Position numbers and translations under genes: made by a program | Virus record (IMG/VR): IMGVR_UViG_3300033121_001301 | Span: 21,273 to 85,272 of that record | DNA from: a virus | Taxonomy: Duplodnaviria; Caudoviricetes | DNA: 64,000 nucleotides | Direction: 5' to 3' (one strand) | The notes under the pieces: generated by a model | Told to the model about the DNA's origin: nothing | The model's input: only the letters and a program-made list of their open reading frames with translations | The model's database searches: none | Part shown: piece by piece, positions 54,601 through 61,921 of the stretch | Layout of the letters: every line of letters starts with the position of its first letter | Numbering within the stretch: position 1 is the stretch's first letter

Positions 54601-55157
54601 ATCGTTCCTAAGCCTGTTGAACTTTGTGAAATCCTCTCACCAGCCTGGGTTGCATCGTAAGGTCTACCAGTCGAGAAATCGATCATCTCATTTTCGTCGC
54701 CACCCATCCAGAAGTTAGAAGTCTGAGAAAGGTAGAAACCCACATTGTAACCAGAGAAGGCTGCATCTGGTCTCCAGTCGTTTGGCTCACTCACAGCGTC
54801 AGGGACTGCACAAACAATGACACCGTGCTGTGCGCTGTAGGGGAGGAACACCAGTACTTGCTGTCCAGGGGCGTAGCTGAGGCTGTCTGACACTCCCCAA
54901 GGGTTGTTCGAAGCATGAGTGCCATAGCTGCACTGCAGGATGCCTCGAGCCCCTAAGTTGACTTTGCAGGTGTTCAGATAAGGTAGACTTTCAACGACTC
55001 GTCCAACCACTATTCCCAACCCAGCTTGATTACGAGGGTCGGGAAGGAAGTTCTTGAACTGGGTATTTCTTAGTGGATCCTGAATGGGATTGTTCACCCC
55101 ACGACCGGGTTGATCCTCCCAATCCTGCTGGTAACTGCGGCGGTCTGTAGCAAACAT
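51630..55157 (-). CDS. baseplate central spike (gp5/VgrG-like), very acidic
   Basis: N-terminal OB-fold-like VGRVVE..CKV..PGQQVLVF; beta-helix-like run DGSFVMRSG..GDISLMPGRNLAMMAGHDTILKARNSIDISS. Confidence 0.7.
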   Translation of the reverse strand: MFATDRRSYQQDWEDQPGRGVNNPIQDPLRNTQFKNFLPDPRNQAGLGIVVGRVVESLPYLNTCKVNLGARGILQCSYGTHASNNPWGVSDSLSYAPGQQVLVFLPYSAQHGVIVCAVPDAVSEPNDWRPDAAFSGYNVGFYLSQTSNFWMGGDENEMIDFSTGRPYDATQAGERISQSSTGLGTIHDDSMIAMKVDEVTGVFGFYDDSMLRITGRNLQIWGHGNETNWLNDEGELNGYSGSTPYPWEAMGAYAPGVETSLFILDPALDFTVPEEAPPEEAPPEEVPPEEDPPEDGEAESANEATSEEEKSAASSGQFNRELEGIKSGFIQPLTWDQQPFHRVVSYSGYLGQGGRKMIITPGEKVKDNPDLVTTFNEDIPWLTMASQQMSLAGSIVNCTSGGFFVVQRPPQVTPKRKELAESPLGDNSAFTWRYSKNYDACGMAKIEDIDLVTHFVVGDIPVEAEQDGGVPTTAGPETISAPDEIKRMAAIDDEIHYMLNWEALHPYAYHEKDFFLPEESELTEFEEYESPPYEDLGQYQYMGQQGDNSYPKKVKIKVDHRYGTVDIYLNTSFFGLRKDGSFVMRSGCGCEIKTENGSMKLVAPGDISLMPGRNLAMMAGHDTILKARNSIDISSTETDIRLSADKNIMVASAVGGKGVMLFQSFSECVLDEKYENTIYPAEEENPDDPLPPIDEPGVDPEEPIGDKLVVAAANDGGDFPIEDPLPDPDPNPNPDPNPDPEPDGPAGPTFNLGEDVVGSGIVFKARRSQITTTSAIATIKVGQKLYREESGDGEEGDGFEPVEVDPETGELEEREWTWKPGKFRIIAEMGQIDTFSSHIVHFITPKNDFGTDEPAVSEDDETGAIYQVFLKAKEPTTEEDNPEELVVQDLPPNVLAAAGEADLSTINTCTEEDEDLAETINCYEVVSVNEIQQKRFTICGSLNVNKELTVGGCVYIRGKSFFFEEAAGNFAFKSANGQMGAQRADAVAAFNEADTRCFQLLPPIMAEQARMALRDPTGEWLDFSYRTEEQYGTQEEYFIMENWWQHQVRVINSGEMGDNESFPGLPSGLTYWQEKPMEVLYANVEKVAVYPGADYIKDEEKEEEEPEEIKNCYGVFELFLTDTENWRALDRATSADPESEDSLTVYEDPKLKPGKKWRLSHTVAVDVLNPEDMAQ
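54280..54339. repeat. 15-bp tandem repeat x4 encoding E-E-(A/V/D)-P-P
   Basis: GGTGGATCTTCCTCG / GGTGGAACTTCCTCT / GGTGGAGCTTCTTCC / GGTGGAGCCTCCTCG. Confidence 0.85.
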
Positions 55158-55190
55158 AGAGTAGCCCCTGCTTAGTAAGACTAGTCTACC

Positions 55191-55221
55191 AAAAACAAAA
55201 CAGAGTAGCTTAGCTACTCTG
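55191..55221 (-). terminator. intrinsic terminator after the tail tube gene
   Basis: CAGAGTAGC-TAA-GCTACTCTG followed by TTTTGTTTTT on the minus strand. Confidence 0.8.
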
Positions 55222-55258
55222 CTGTTGAATGGTTGTAATCTTCAAAGCTCAATTCCAC

Positions 55259-55921
55259 TTAACCTACAGCTATTGCTGGTCGGTCATAGGTGATTGGAGT
55301 GTTGTTATTGTTCGAGACAATGCCAGAGTTTGAAGTATTGGTCGAAGTGGTGCTGAAGCTGGTAGCCAGAGTAGCAGCATAGTTGGATTGACCCAGACCA
55401 ATACCCATGCTTCCAAAGGCACCGCAAGCAAAGGCGTTTACAGTTGGTATCTGCAAACTGATGAACATGAAGGGCAGATTGGCCTGGAACATCATGTCCT
55501 GTGATGCGACCTGGAAGCCGAAAGATTGCAGAACGCAGTGGTTGACTGAGAAAGCAAAATTACCGACTGTTGCATTCTTACAACCTGCACCCACTGCCAC
55601 CATGAAGTTGTTGTTCTTGATGGCGCAACCTTGACCAAAAGCCAGGTAGAAGCAGTAGTTGATAGGGCGAGGGCCGATGATCTTGCCGAAGTTGCCCTGA
55701 CCTTGAGGTCGTCCGATGATGAAGTACTGAGATGCTGGAATCCCCAGTCCAACCGCACCAAAATCATAGATACGCATTACAGGTTGAGTGTACTGCAACA
55801 TCATGTTGGTAGTTAGAATGCCAGCCTCAGACCAGCCATTTGGCCCAGCGAAAAGAATGACAGCCTGATCGGCTGACATAGCTTCTCCGAAGGCCATAGG
55901 GGCGTGTCCAAACATGTCCAT
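55259..55921 (-). CDS. tail tube protein
   Basis: Directly after the sheath, about 220 aa, beta-rich, followed by a terminator, with a GGAG RBS. Confidence 0.75.
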   Translation of the reverse strand: MDMFGHAPMAFGEAMSADQAVILFAGPNGWSEAGILTTNMMLQYTQPVMRIYDFGAVGLGIPASQYFIIGRPQGQGNFGKIIGPRPINYCFYLAFGQGCAIKNNNFMVAVGAGCKNATVGNFAFSVNHCVLQSFGFQVASQDMMFQANLPFMFISLQIPTVNAFACGAFGSMGIGLGQSNYAATLATSFSTTSTNTSNSGIVSNNNNTPITYDRPAIAVG

Positions 55922-55933
55922 GAAAAGTCTCCC

Positions 55934-58684
55934 TTAAGCCTGGCCGACTGGCACTAGGAAATTAACTGTGAAGTCATTCAACGGGTAAGGTCGTTCAATC
56001 GTCAGATCAACAACCACCTGGTCAGGCAGACTGGCGTGATTTCTGATTTCAACGATTGGAGTGCCTTCGACCATGGAACCCAGGCGAGTAACTTTGGTCT
56101 CAGCTTGAATTTGTCCGATAGCTGTCTCGGTATCCAGCTGCATCTTGGCGAGCACGGTACCAGTTCGATTTGCCTGAGTGCGGTAAGTCGACAGCTTGTC
56201 CCGAAGAACCAGCACAATGGCGTGACCATTGCGAATGTAGGAGTTCTCTGGGTTGTCCAGATCTGTGGTCAATGTGCGACGAACAAACACGTTGCCAGCT
56301 CGATCGTCATCAAACACAGTGATGCCAGCGTCTTCCAGCTGCTTCATTTGGTTGGGCTGGAAGTAGTAACCAGCGCCATACACCCGGCTGAAGCCTGGAA
56401 TGATGTAGTAATTGAATGGCTGATGCGGAGCCACAGCTGACAGGCAAGCTGCCAGGTTGGATGCCAGGGAATAACCAGGCTGTTCGATGTCGTTGGTGTC
56501 GTAGCCGACTCCAGGGACACAGATAGATAGGTACTGGGATCGGAGTGGCCCCACCTTGTCCAGCACATAGGTAACCAGGTCAACAGCTCTGGCGTTTCGA
56601 TGCACTTCACCACGCTGTGGCACTGAGTAAGGAACACCCGAAGCTGGGGTGATGATCAATGTGTTTTCATTGACCACACTGGCTACAGTGAACTCGGTGT
56701 AACTCTCAACACCATAAGCGTCAACGCTGTAAACTGTTCTCAGTTTATCTCCAGCTTTCACACCATTGGTGATGAATCGACCGTTGGCCGAAGTGACATA
56801 GTTGTACTGTGTTCCAACAGTGCCTGGGTTGTCGATGATGGCGACCAGACATGTCAACAGATCGGAAGTCTTACTGGCGACCACGATTGGCAGAGTTGAT
56901 GGAAGATCCGGAGCAACCACACCATAACAGTAGTTCTCATTGGCTGAGCTGTTCTGGTCGATCAGGTGATCTTTCAGAAGAGCAATGACATCTAAGTCAC
57001 CAGAAGCCAGAGCCAGGTGATAAGTCTTTCCAGCTGCTTTGATAGCATCGATGGCAGCAGACCAACTGGCGAGACTGGTGGGGTCAGCGACACCAATCAA
57101 ACCGACAGGTACGCTGTTGCTGCAGGTAAGCATCTGAGCCACCTGGTAGCCAGCGGGATTGTCAGAGTCGATCGAGCCGAGCTTGTCGATAGCGTCTTCT
57201 GGGTCTGTCAAGAACACCAGCTGCTCAGTGGCAGCGTAAGACCACTCGCGATAGCCGACGATCATGGTGCCAGTCTTGACTGGGACGTAGCGAAGGGCAC
57301 CGTTGACATCTACCAGCGTCCCATCAGTGCTGGTGCCAGTGATACCACTGTTGACCACAATTTGAGGGTCAGCCAGAGTCCAGTTGTAAAGTGGTGAAGC
57401 GTCCCGACGTTCTTTGCGAACGCTGAGAAGACTGTCAACCACTCGAATGGACAAGTCGCCGTCAGAGACACCGAGAAGGTCGGCTGGAAGATCGTCTTTG
57501 AGAACCAGAGTTCTCATGTGAGTGTTGGCAGCAGCAGTGACGGGAATGTAGAAGACATCGTCTTTGTTCAAACCAGTCTGATTGAACTGCACCAGGATAC
57601 TCTTCGTACCAACTGCGAAATTGGTACCTGGATCGGTGATGGTAGTTGGACCAGAAGAGTCGAGGCTCTTAGCAGTCGTGACTGTGATCTGAGGCTCTAC
57701 GCTGCCAGCGAATCGACCACCTCGGGTGACAGTGATGATGATCGTGTCGTCAACTGCTCCAGTGTAGGTTCCACTGGCAGTGGCTGTAGGAGCTGTGAAA
57801 GCAACTGCAGCAACGATTTGCCACTTCTGACCAACAACAAAGAGACTGTCAGGAGCTCCAGAATCAACTGGCCGACCGTTGTCGATAACAAAGGTGTGGG
57901 TAAGACCCTTGGTGCCGATGTTAGTCGGTGAAGAGAAGGCAGCAGGTGTGATGCTGGTTTGATCGTCTTTGCCGTCAGAGGAGATGACCTGGAGGCGGGC
58001 AGAGCTAGCATCACCACCAACGATGACCACAACTGTGTAAATTCGATTCACACCACCGTCGAGGTCGTCGTAAGAAGCCGCACTGGAAGTTCCAGTGATG
58101 TAGTTCAGAGCTCCTGCGACCTGGGAGACGGACGCTGAATCAGCCTGGGTAGACTTGTTGCCAGCGGCAGCTGAAGCTGAGCCAGTAACAGCCGCAGACA
58201 TGATTGGGATGATGTCCTGTATGAAGCTTTTGTGCTCATAGTAGGTGGAGACAACAGTCGCACCATAAACAACCTTGTCACCAATCTTGACTTCGCGACC
58301 AAGAAGCTCAGCACTCAGGGGGTAGCTGGAGCCATTGGCCTTGAAGTTCAATTGACTGGAAAGCAAGCGATTCTTGTAAGGGGAGACTGGTGCAACCGTG
58401 CCCAGCACACCGATCGAGCGAGCGAACACTTCAAGTTCGGCATTCTCGATGAACAGCCCCACGCTACCTTCATCCAGCATGTTGGCTGGTTCTCGGTCAG
58501 GGATGTCATAAGTCCCGCCAGTGGCAGCGACATAGGTGCCTATGGAGGTCGTTTCACCAGCCTTATTCGGCCTGTGCAAAACAGCCTGCGGAGCAATCAG
58601 CACAGAACGTAGGCTGTCGTTGTAGAGAGCAGGTACGCTGGAAGCTGCGTCCAAAGCTGTCTGTAAAGTTTGCGGCGTAGTCAT
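55934..58684 (-). CDS. contractile tail sheath protein (916 aa, with inserted domains)
   Basis: Sheath-like C-terminus: PHQPFNY..GF, QMKQLEDAGITVF, VRRTLTT, PYPLNDFTVNF. Confidence 0.85.
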   Translation of the reverse strand: MTTPQTLQTALDAASSVPALYNDSLRSVLIAPQAVLHRPNKAGETTSIGTYVAATGGTYDIPDREPANMLDEGSVGLFIENAELEVFARSIGVLGTVAPVSPYKNRLLSSQLNFKANGSSYPLSAELLGREVKIGDKVVYGATVVSTYYEHKSFIQDIIPIMSAAVTGSASAAAGNKSTQADSASVSQVAGALNYITGTSSAASYDDLDGGVNRIYTVVVIVGGDASSARLQVISSDGKDDQTSITPAAFSSPTNIGTKGLTHTFVIDNGRPVDSGAPDSLFVVGQKWQIVAAVAFTAPTATASGTYTGAVDDTIIITVTRGGRFAGSVEPQITVTTAKSLDSSGPTTITDPGTNFAVGTKSILVQFNQTGLNKDDVFYIPVTAAANTHMRTLVLKDDLPADLLGVSDGDLSIRVVDSLLSVRKERRDASPLYNWTLADPQIVVNSGITGTSTDGTLVDVNGALRYVPVKTGTMIVGYREWSYAATEQLVFLTDPEDAIDKLGSIDSDNPAGYQVAQMLTCSNSVPVGLIGVADPTSLASWSAAIDAIKAAGKTYHLALASGDLDVIALLKDHLIDQNSSANENYCYGVVAPDLPSTLPIVVASKTSDLLTCLVAIIDNPGTVGTQYNYVTSANGRFITNGVKAGDKLRTVYSVDAYGVESYTEFTVASVVNENTLIITPASGVPYSVPQRGEVHRNARAVDLVTYVLDKVGPLRSQYLSICVPGVGYDTNDIEQPGYSLASNLAACLSAVAPHQPFNYYIIPGFSRVYGAGYYFQPNQMKQLEDAGITVFDDDRAGNVFVRRTLTTDLDNPENSYIRNGHAIVLVLRDKLSTYRTQANRTGTVLAKMQLDTETAIGQIQAETKVTRLGSMVEGTPIVEIRNHASLPDQVVVDLTIERPYPLNDFTVNFLVPVGQA

Positions 58685-58705
58685 TTCAATCTCCCTGATG
58701 ATTCA

Positions 58706-58735
58706 ACTATAGCAAGTTACGAAAGCTTCTCGCAA
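58706..58735 (-). promoter_or_regulatory. sigma70-like promoter for the sheath/tube genes
   Basis: TTGCGA-N18-TATAGT with an extended TG (TGCTATAGT), upstream of the GGGAG RBS of the sheath gene. Confidence 0.55.
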
Positions 58736-58742
58736 CACTACT

Positions 58743-59552
58743 CTAGCCACGAAAAGCGTTGATATCGAGAAAGTTGATCTTCGGAGCACTAAACTTCGTC
58801 AACCAACGATACTCAAAAGCCCACTCCATGGGAATACTGGCAAAATAGGAGTCTTCAGGATCTCGGTCATCCCTGTCCTTTTTAGACACCTGTAATGGCC
58901 TGAATTTTAGCAACTTAATCTCGGTTACCACCCATCTGGAAACACGAAGCAGCAAAGTGGCTATTTCAAAGGCTAATGCATCACTTGGAGCTCCCTGCGC
59001 CCCGTAGACGCGAACATTGTGAGACCCCTCAAATACAGTGAAGTATTCGATGGCACCGTCCAGCCTGCCTTCTTGCTTGCGATCGCCAATGACCAGCTTG
59101 GGTATATTCACATCACCTCGAGAGATGTAAACAGCTGGCTTTCTGCCGATGATGTTTGGATCCCAGTTCTCCTGAATGTTGATGACCATCTTGGTCTGCT
59201 CGATATCAGGGTGCCAAGTGTATTGCCTCAGCGTTGGATCGATGATGTTAGCAGCAACAGCGAAGTGATTGGACAGGATCGTCATGATGATCCCGTTAAT
59301 CAACCTGAAGGTAGGAATGGTGCTGCAAAACTCCTGGAATGTGGCTGGATCCTGCCTTGGTCTAAACTGGTCGTAAGCTGGTGGAGTCGTATCCAGGATC
59401 TCGCCTGGGTCCACTGGCCCAGGGGCGACAGCTGGAGGATTGACCGGCAATTGAGGTATTTGAGCCCCAACTGGAGCATTGATGTTCTGATCATCAGAAG
59501 GTAAGCCGGGCAGTATGGGCTTATCTGGTTCTGGGGGACAATTCTCAGGCAT
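58743..59552 (-). CDS. tail completion/terminator protein
   Basis: Between the neck genes and the sheath; Pro-rich N-terminus. Confidence 0.55.
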   Translation of the reverse strand: MPENCPPEPDKPILPGLPSDDQNINAPVGAQIPQLPVNPPAVAPGPVDPGEILDTTPPAYDQFRPRQDPATFQEFCSTIPTFRLINGIIMTILSNHFAVAANIIDPTLRQYTWHPDIEQTKMVINIQENWDPNIIGRKPAVYISRGDVNIPKLVIGDRKQEGRLDGAIEYFTVFEGSHNVRVYGAQGAPSDALAFEIATLLLRVSRWVVTEIKLLKFRPLQVSKKDRDDRDPEDSYFASIPMEWAFEYRWLTKFSAPKINFLDINAFRG

Positions 59553-59554
59553 TG

Positions 59555-60355
59555 CTAGATTGTCTCCAGTGGGAACTTGTAAACGACATTACTGAAGTCG
59601 AGCACAGCTAATTCAGGATTCTGGACCAGCGGAGTTGATCGCATCCCGTCAGCTATCTTGACTGTGTGCATGATGAATCGTTCGTCACTTCGGTCATCAA
59701 CGAATACATCATAAGTTCGCAGTTGCGGATAGCCTAAGAAAATACCCTCTCGTACATCATCTCCTCGAGTGGGCATGTTAGGCTCCACTCGCTCCAACAG
59801 GATTCGTGGAGTGATCAGTGCATGCTGATCTGGAATTGGCTTGAAGTAGCCGCCAAGCTTGCCAGTTCCGTAACAAACTGGGCAATTAGCATCTGTGGCT
59901 TCCTGGGTCTTTGGATCGTAGCAGCGGGTGCAATCGGGGCCAGTTCGTCGACGAAGAAGGATGTAGCCACTCCTGGTCTCAGGATTGCTCAACAGCGCCT
60001 TCTTATTTCGTCTTGTCTTCTCCGTGGCTATCCGGTGCTGATAAGTATTCAGAAACTGAAGAGCTGTGACCGGGGCTGAGATGTGGCGGCTGATGCCAGT
60101 GTTAACAATCACCCGGTAGTGGGCGTTGATGGCTTTGGCATAGTCTCGCTTGGTGTTGTCTACAGCGAAGGCTGTTTCTATTCCCTCAGTTCCCACATCT
60201 TTCCAGTCATCGGCTTCGTTAGTACCTACAGAGCTGTGCTGCACTCGGAAGCGGTAAGGGCCAGGTTCTTTGAAATGGGAAACGAGAGTCCAATAAACAG
60301 TAGTTGGACCCTCTGTCATGCGATCGACATTGATAGTGGCAAACGGGTAGATCAT
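59555..60355 (-). CDS. head closure/neck protein with Zn-binding motif
   Basis: GPDCTRCYD..CPVCYGTGKLGGY followed by a beta-barrel-like segment. Confidence 0.6.
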   Translation of the reverse strand: MIYPFATINVDRMTEGPTTVYWTLVSHFKEPGPYRFRVQHSSVGTNEADDWKDVGTEGIETAFAVDNTKRDYAKAINAHYRVIVNTGISRHISAPVTALQFLNTYQHRIATEKTRRNKKALLSNPETRSGYILLRRRTGPDCTRCYDPKTQEATDANCPVCYGTGKLGGYFKPIPDQHALITPRILLERVEPNMPTRGDDVREGIFLGYPQLRTYDVFVDDRSDERFIMHTVKIADGMRSTPLVQNPELAVLDFSNVVYKFPLETI

Positions 60356-61272
60356 ATCTGGGATAAGTAAGAGTAGGCTGTTCCATGGAAGCCATAGCCA
60401 GCTCGGAAGTTGACGCTTTGCTTGAAAGCAGTCATTTCAGTCTTAAAGCCTTCGATCTTCATTTGTGCGATCTTGAGGTAAGGATCCCACTTGTCTTTGT
60501 CGTTGAAGCTGGAGCCGGGAGCTGATCCCTGCCAGGTCATGGCATCTCGAAGGTAACCGAGAGCTGCCACCTCCATCAGGTGCCCCACAATAGCTTCTCT
60601 CCAGGGAGCTTCGAAAGGGAAGTCCACTGTGGAGTACTGCAGGCCCAGCTGTGGCAAAGAGGTGTTGTACCACTGAATCGGTTTGGAGATGCATTGAGCT
60701 ATCTCGGCTGGGCTCCACTCGAACCTCTTGAGAAGCGTGGACTGCGCTGGATCTCCCATACGAGCATGCATTAACAGCTCAGCAACTGGTGGAGGGCCAT
60801 AGTTGTCGTAGTTCTCAGAGAACATCGATCGTTCCACGATGATGTAGCCACGACCAATGTATTTGATCTGAGTAACTGAGTCTTTGGTGATGTTGAGAGC
60901 AAACTGCATCTCATAGGCACCTGGCAAAAGAGTCAGCATTGGTTCCAGGGTGAATCGAAAACCTCCACGTACCAGTGGATTGATAGTGCCAGTGGCTGTG
61001 GTGAGAATGGAGGGTGGTCGAGTTGCGAGCTCCTGCATGCGGACATCAATGGTTGGATTGGTGCAACCAGTCAGATCGATCTCCACGCCATCACGATCTC
61101 GAAACACCCACTCGAATACGATGGTCTCACCGTGGCTGATAATAGCACCGAGAGGTTCGCGAACAGCTTCGCCAACGTCAGTCACCGTCAGAGCTGGCTT
61201 GACGACATCATTAGGGCCACAGCCAGCTGGGCAGCAAGTGATATCGGTAGCTGGTCTAAGAACGATAGGCAT
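60352..61272 (-). CDS. head-tail adaptor (neck) with N-terminal BppU-like domain
   Basis: GETIVFEWVFRD..IDLTG..GAYEMQF (BppU-like) plus a helical adaptor-like C-terminus. Confidence 0.55.
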   Translation of the reverse strand: MPIVLRPATDITCCPAGCGPNDVVKPALTVTDVGEAVREPLGAIISHGETIVFEWVFRDRDGVEIDLTGCTNPTIDVRMQELATRPPSILTTATGTINPLVRGGFRFTLEPMLTLLPGAYEMQFALNITKDSVTQIKYIGRGYIIVERSMFSENYDNYGPPPVAELLMHARMGDPAQSTLLKRFEWSPAEIAQCISKPIQWYNTSLPQLGLQYSTVDFPFEAPWREAIVGHLMEVAALGYLRDAMTWQGSAPGSSFNDKDKWDPYLKIAQMKIEGFKTEMTAFKQSVNFRAGYGFHGTAYSYLSQI

Positions 61273-61283
61273 GGCTGCTCCGA

Positions 61284-61919
61284 TTAAACGACGGTGAATT
61301 CAAATTCTTGTGGAACTGTAGCACCATGTTTGAAAATGTAAGCGTAGTAGTCGCCAGCATTCAAATTAACTGGTTGCTCCCATTCACCCGTTGTTGTGCT
61401 AGTTGATCGAGCCACAATGTACTCGGGGCCAGTTCGACCAGCTTCATAGTCAGCTTTGGTGTAGATGTAGATACAAGCTCCAGCGACTGGAGCGTTGGCA
61501 CCATCCACAATGAGCATGTCATCAGTTGTTGGATAATCGTGGTTTACTACCACAGCCCCGGCCCCAACTATCTGAGCGTTGCTGACAGGGGTAACATCGT
61601 AAATTCTGGTGACAACAGTTACAGCGGTGTCTCCACCCTGCCCTTGAGCATCAATGGAGAAAGCTTCCCCAGCCTGCAGCACGATCTCTCTGGACATCAT
61701 GAAAGCATCAGTAGTCCCACTGGGAACTGACACAGAAGTGATGGGAACAAGTAGCCCGGCTGCTGTGTTAAAGTAGAGTCGGTAAACACCATTACCAACG
61801 ATGTTCTGCAATTCCAGTCTGAGGATGACTTCCATCAGGGTGTTGAAGCCAGCGTGACTGAAAACTTCAATCTTGGAAGTGATATCGCCAGTGAAAGTTG
61901 ATGTGGCTATTTGAATCAT
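61284..61919 (-). CDS. virion protein with Ig/prealbumin-like C-terminal domain
   Basis: VDGANAPVAGACIYIY..TTTGEW..LNAGDYY pattern. Confidence 0.55.
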   Translation of the reverse strand: MIQIATSTFTGDITSKIEVFSHAGFNTLMEVILRLELQNIVGNGVYRLYFNTAAGLLVPITSVSVPSGTTDAFMMSREIVLQAGEAFSIDAQGQGGDTAVTVVTRIYDVTPVSNAQIVGAGAVVVNHDYPTTDDMLIVDGANAPVAGACIYIYTKADYEAGRTGPEYIVARSTSTTTGEWEQPVNLNAGDYYAYIFKHGATVPQEFEFTVV

Positions 61920-61921
61920 GG

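Noticed and set aside
39289-58684. Extracellular contractile injection system or tailocin rather than a phage
   Set aside because: Terminase, portal, neck proteins and a full replication module are present.
38090-61272. Shared TDITC.P.G string at the N-termini of 37416..38156 and 60352..61272
   Set aside because: The match is short and the similarity does not extend beyond it, so it is likely coincidental.
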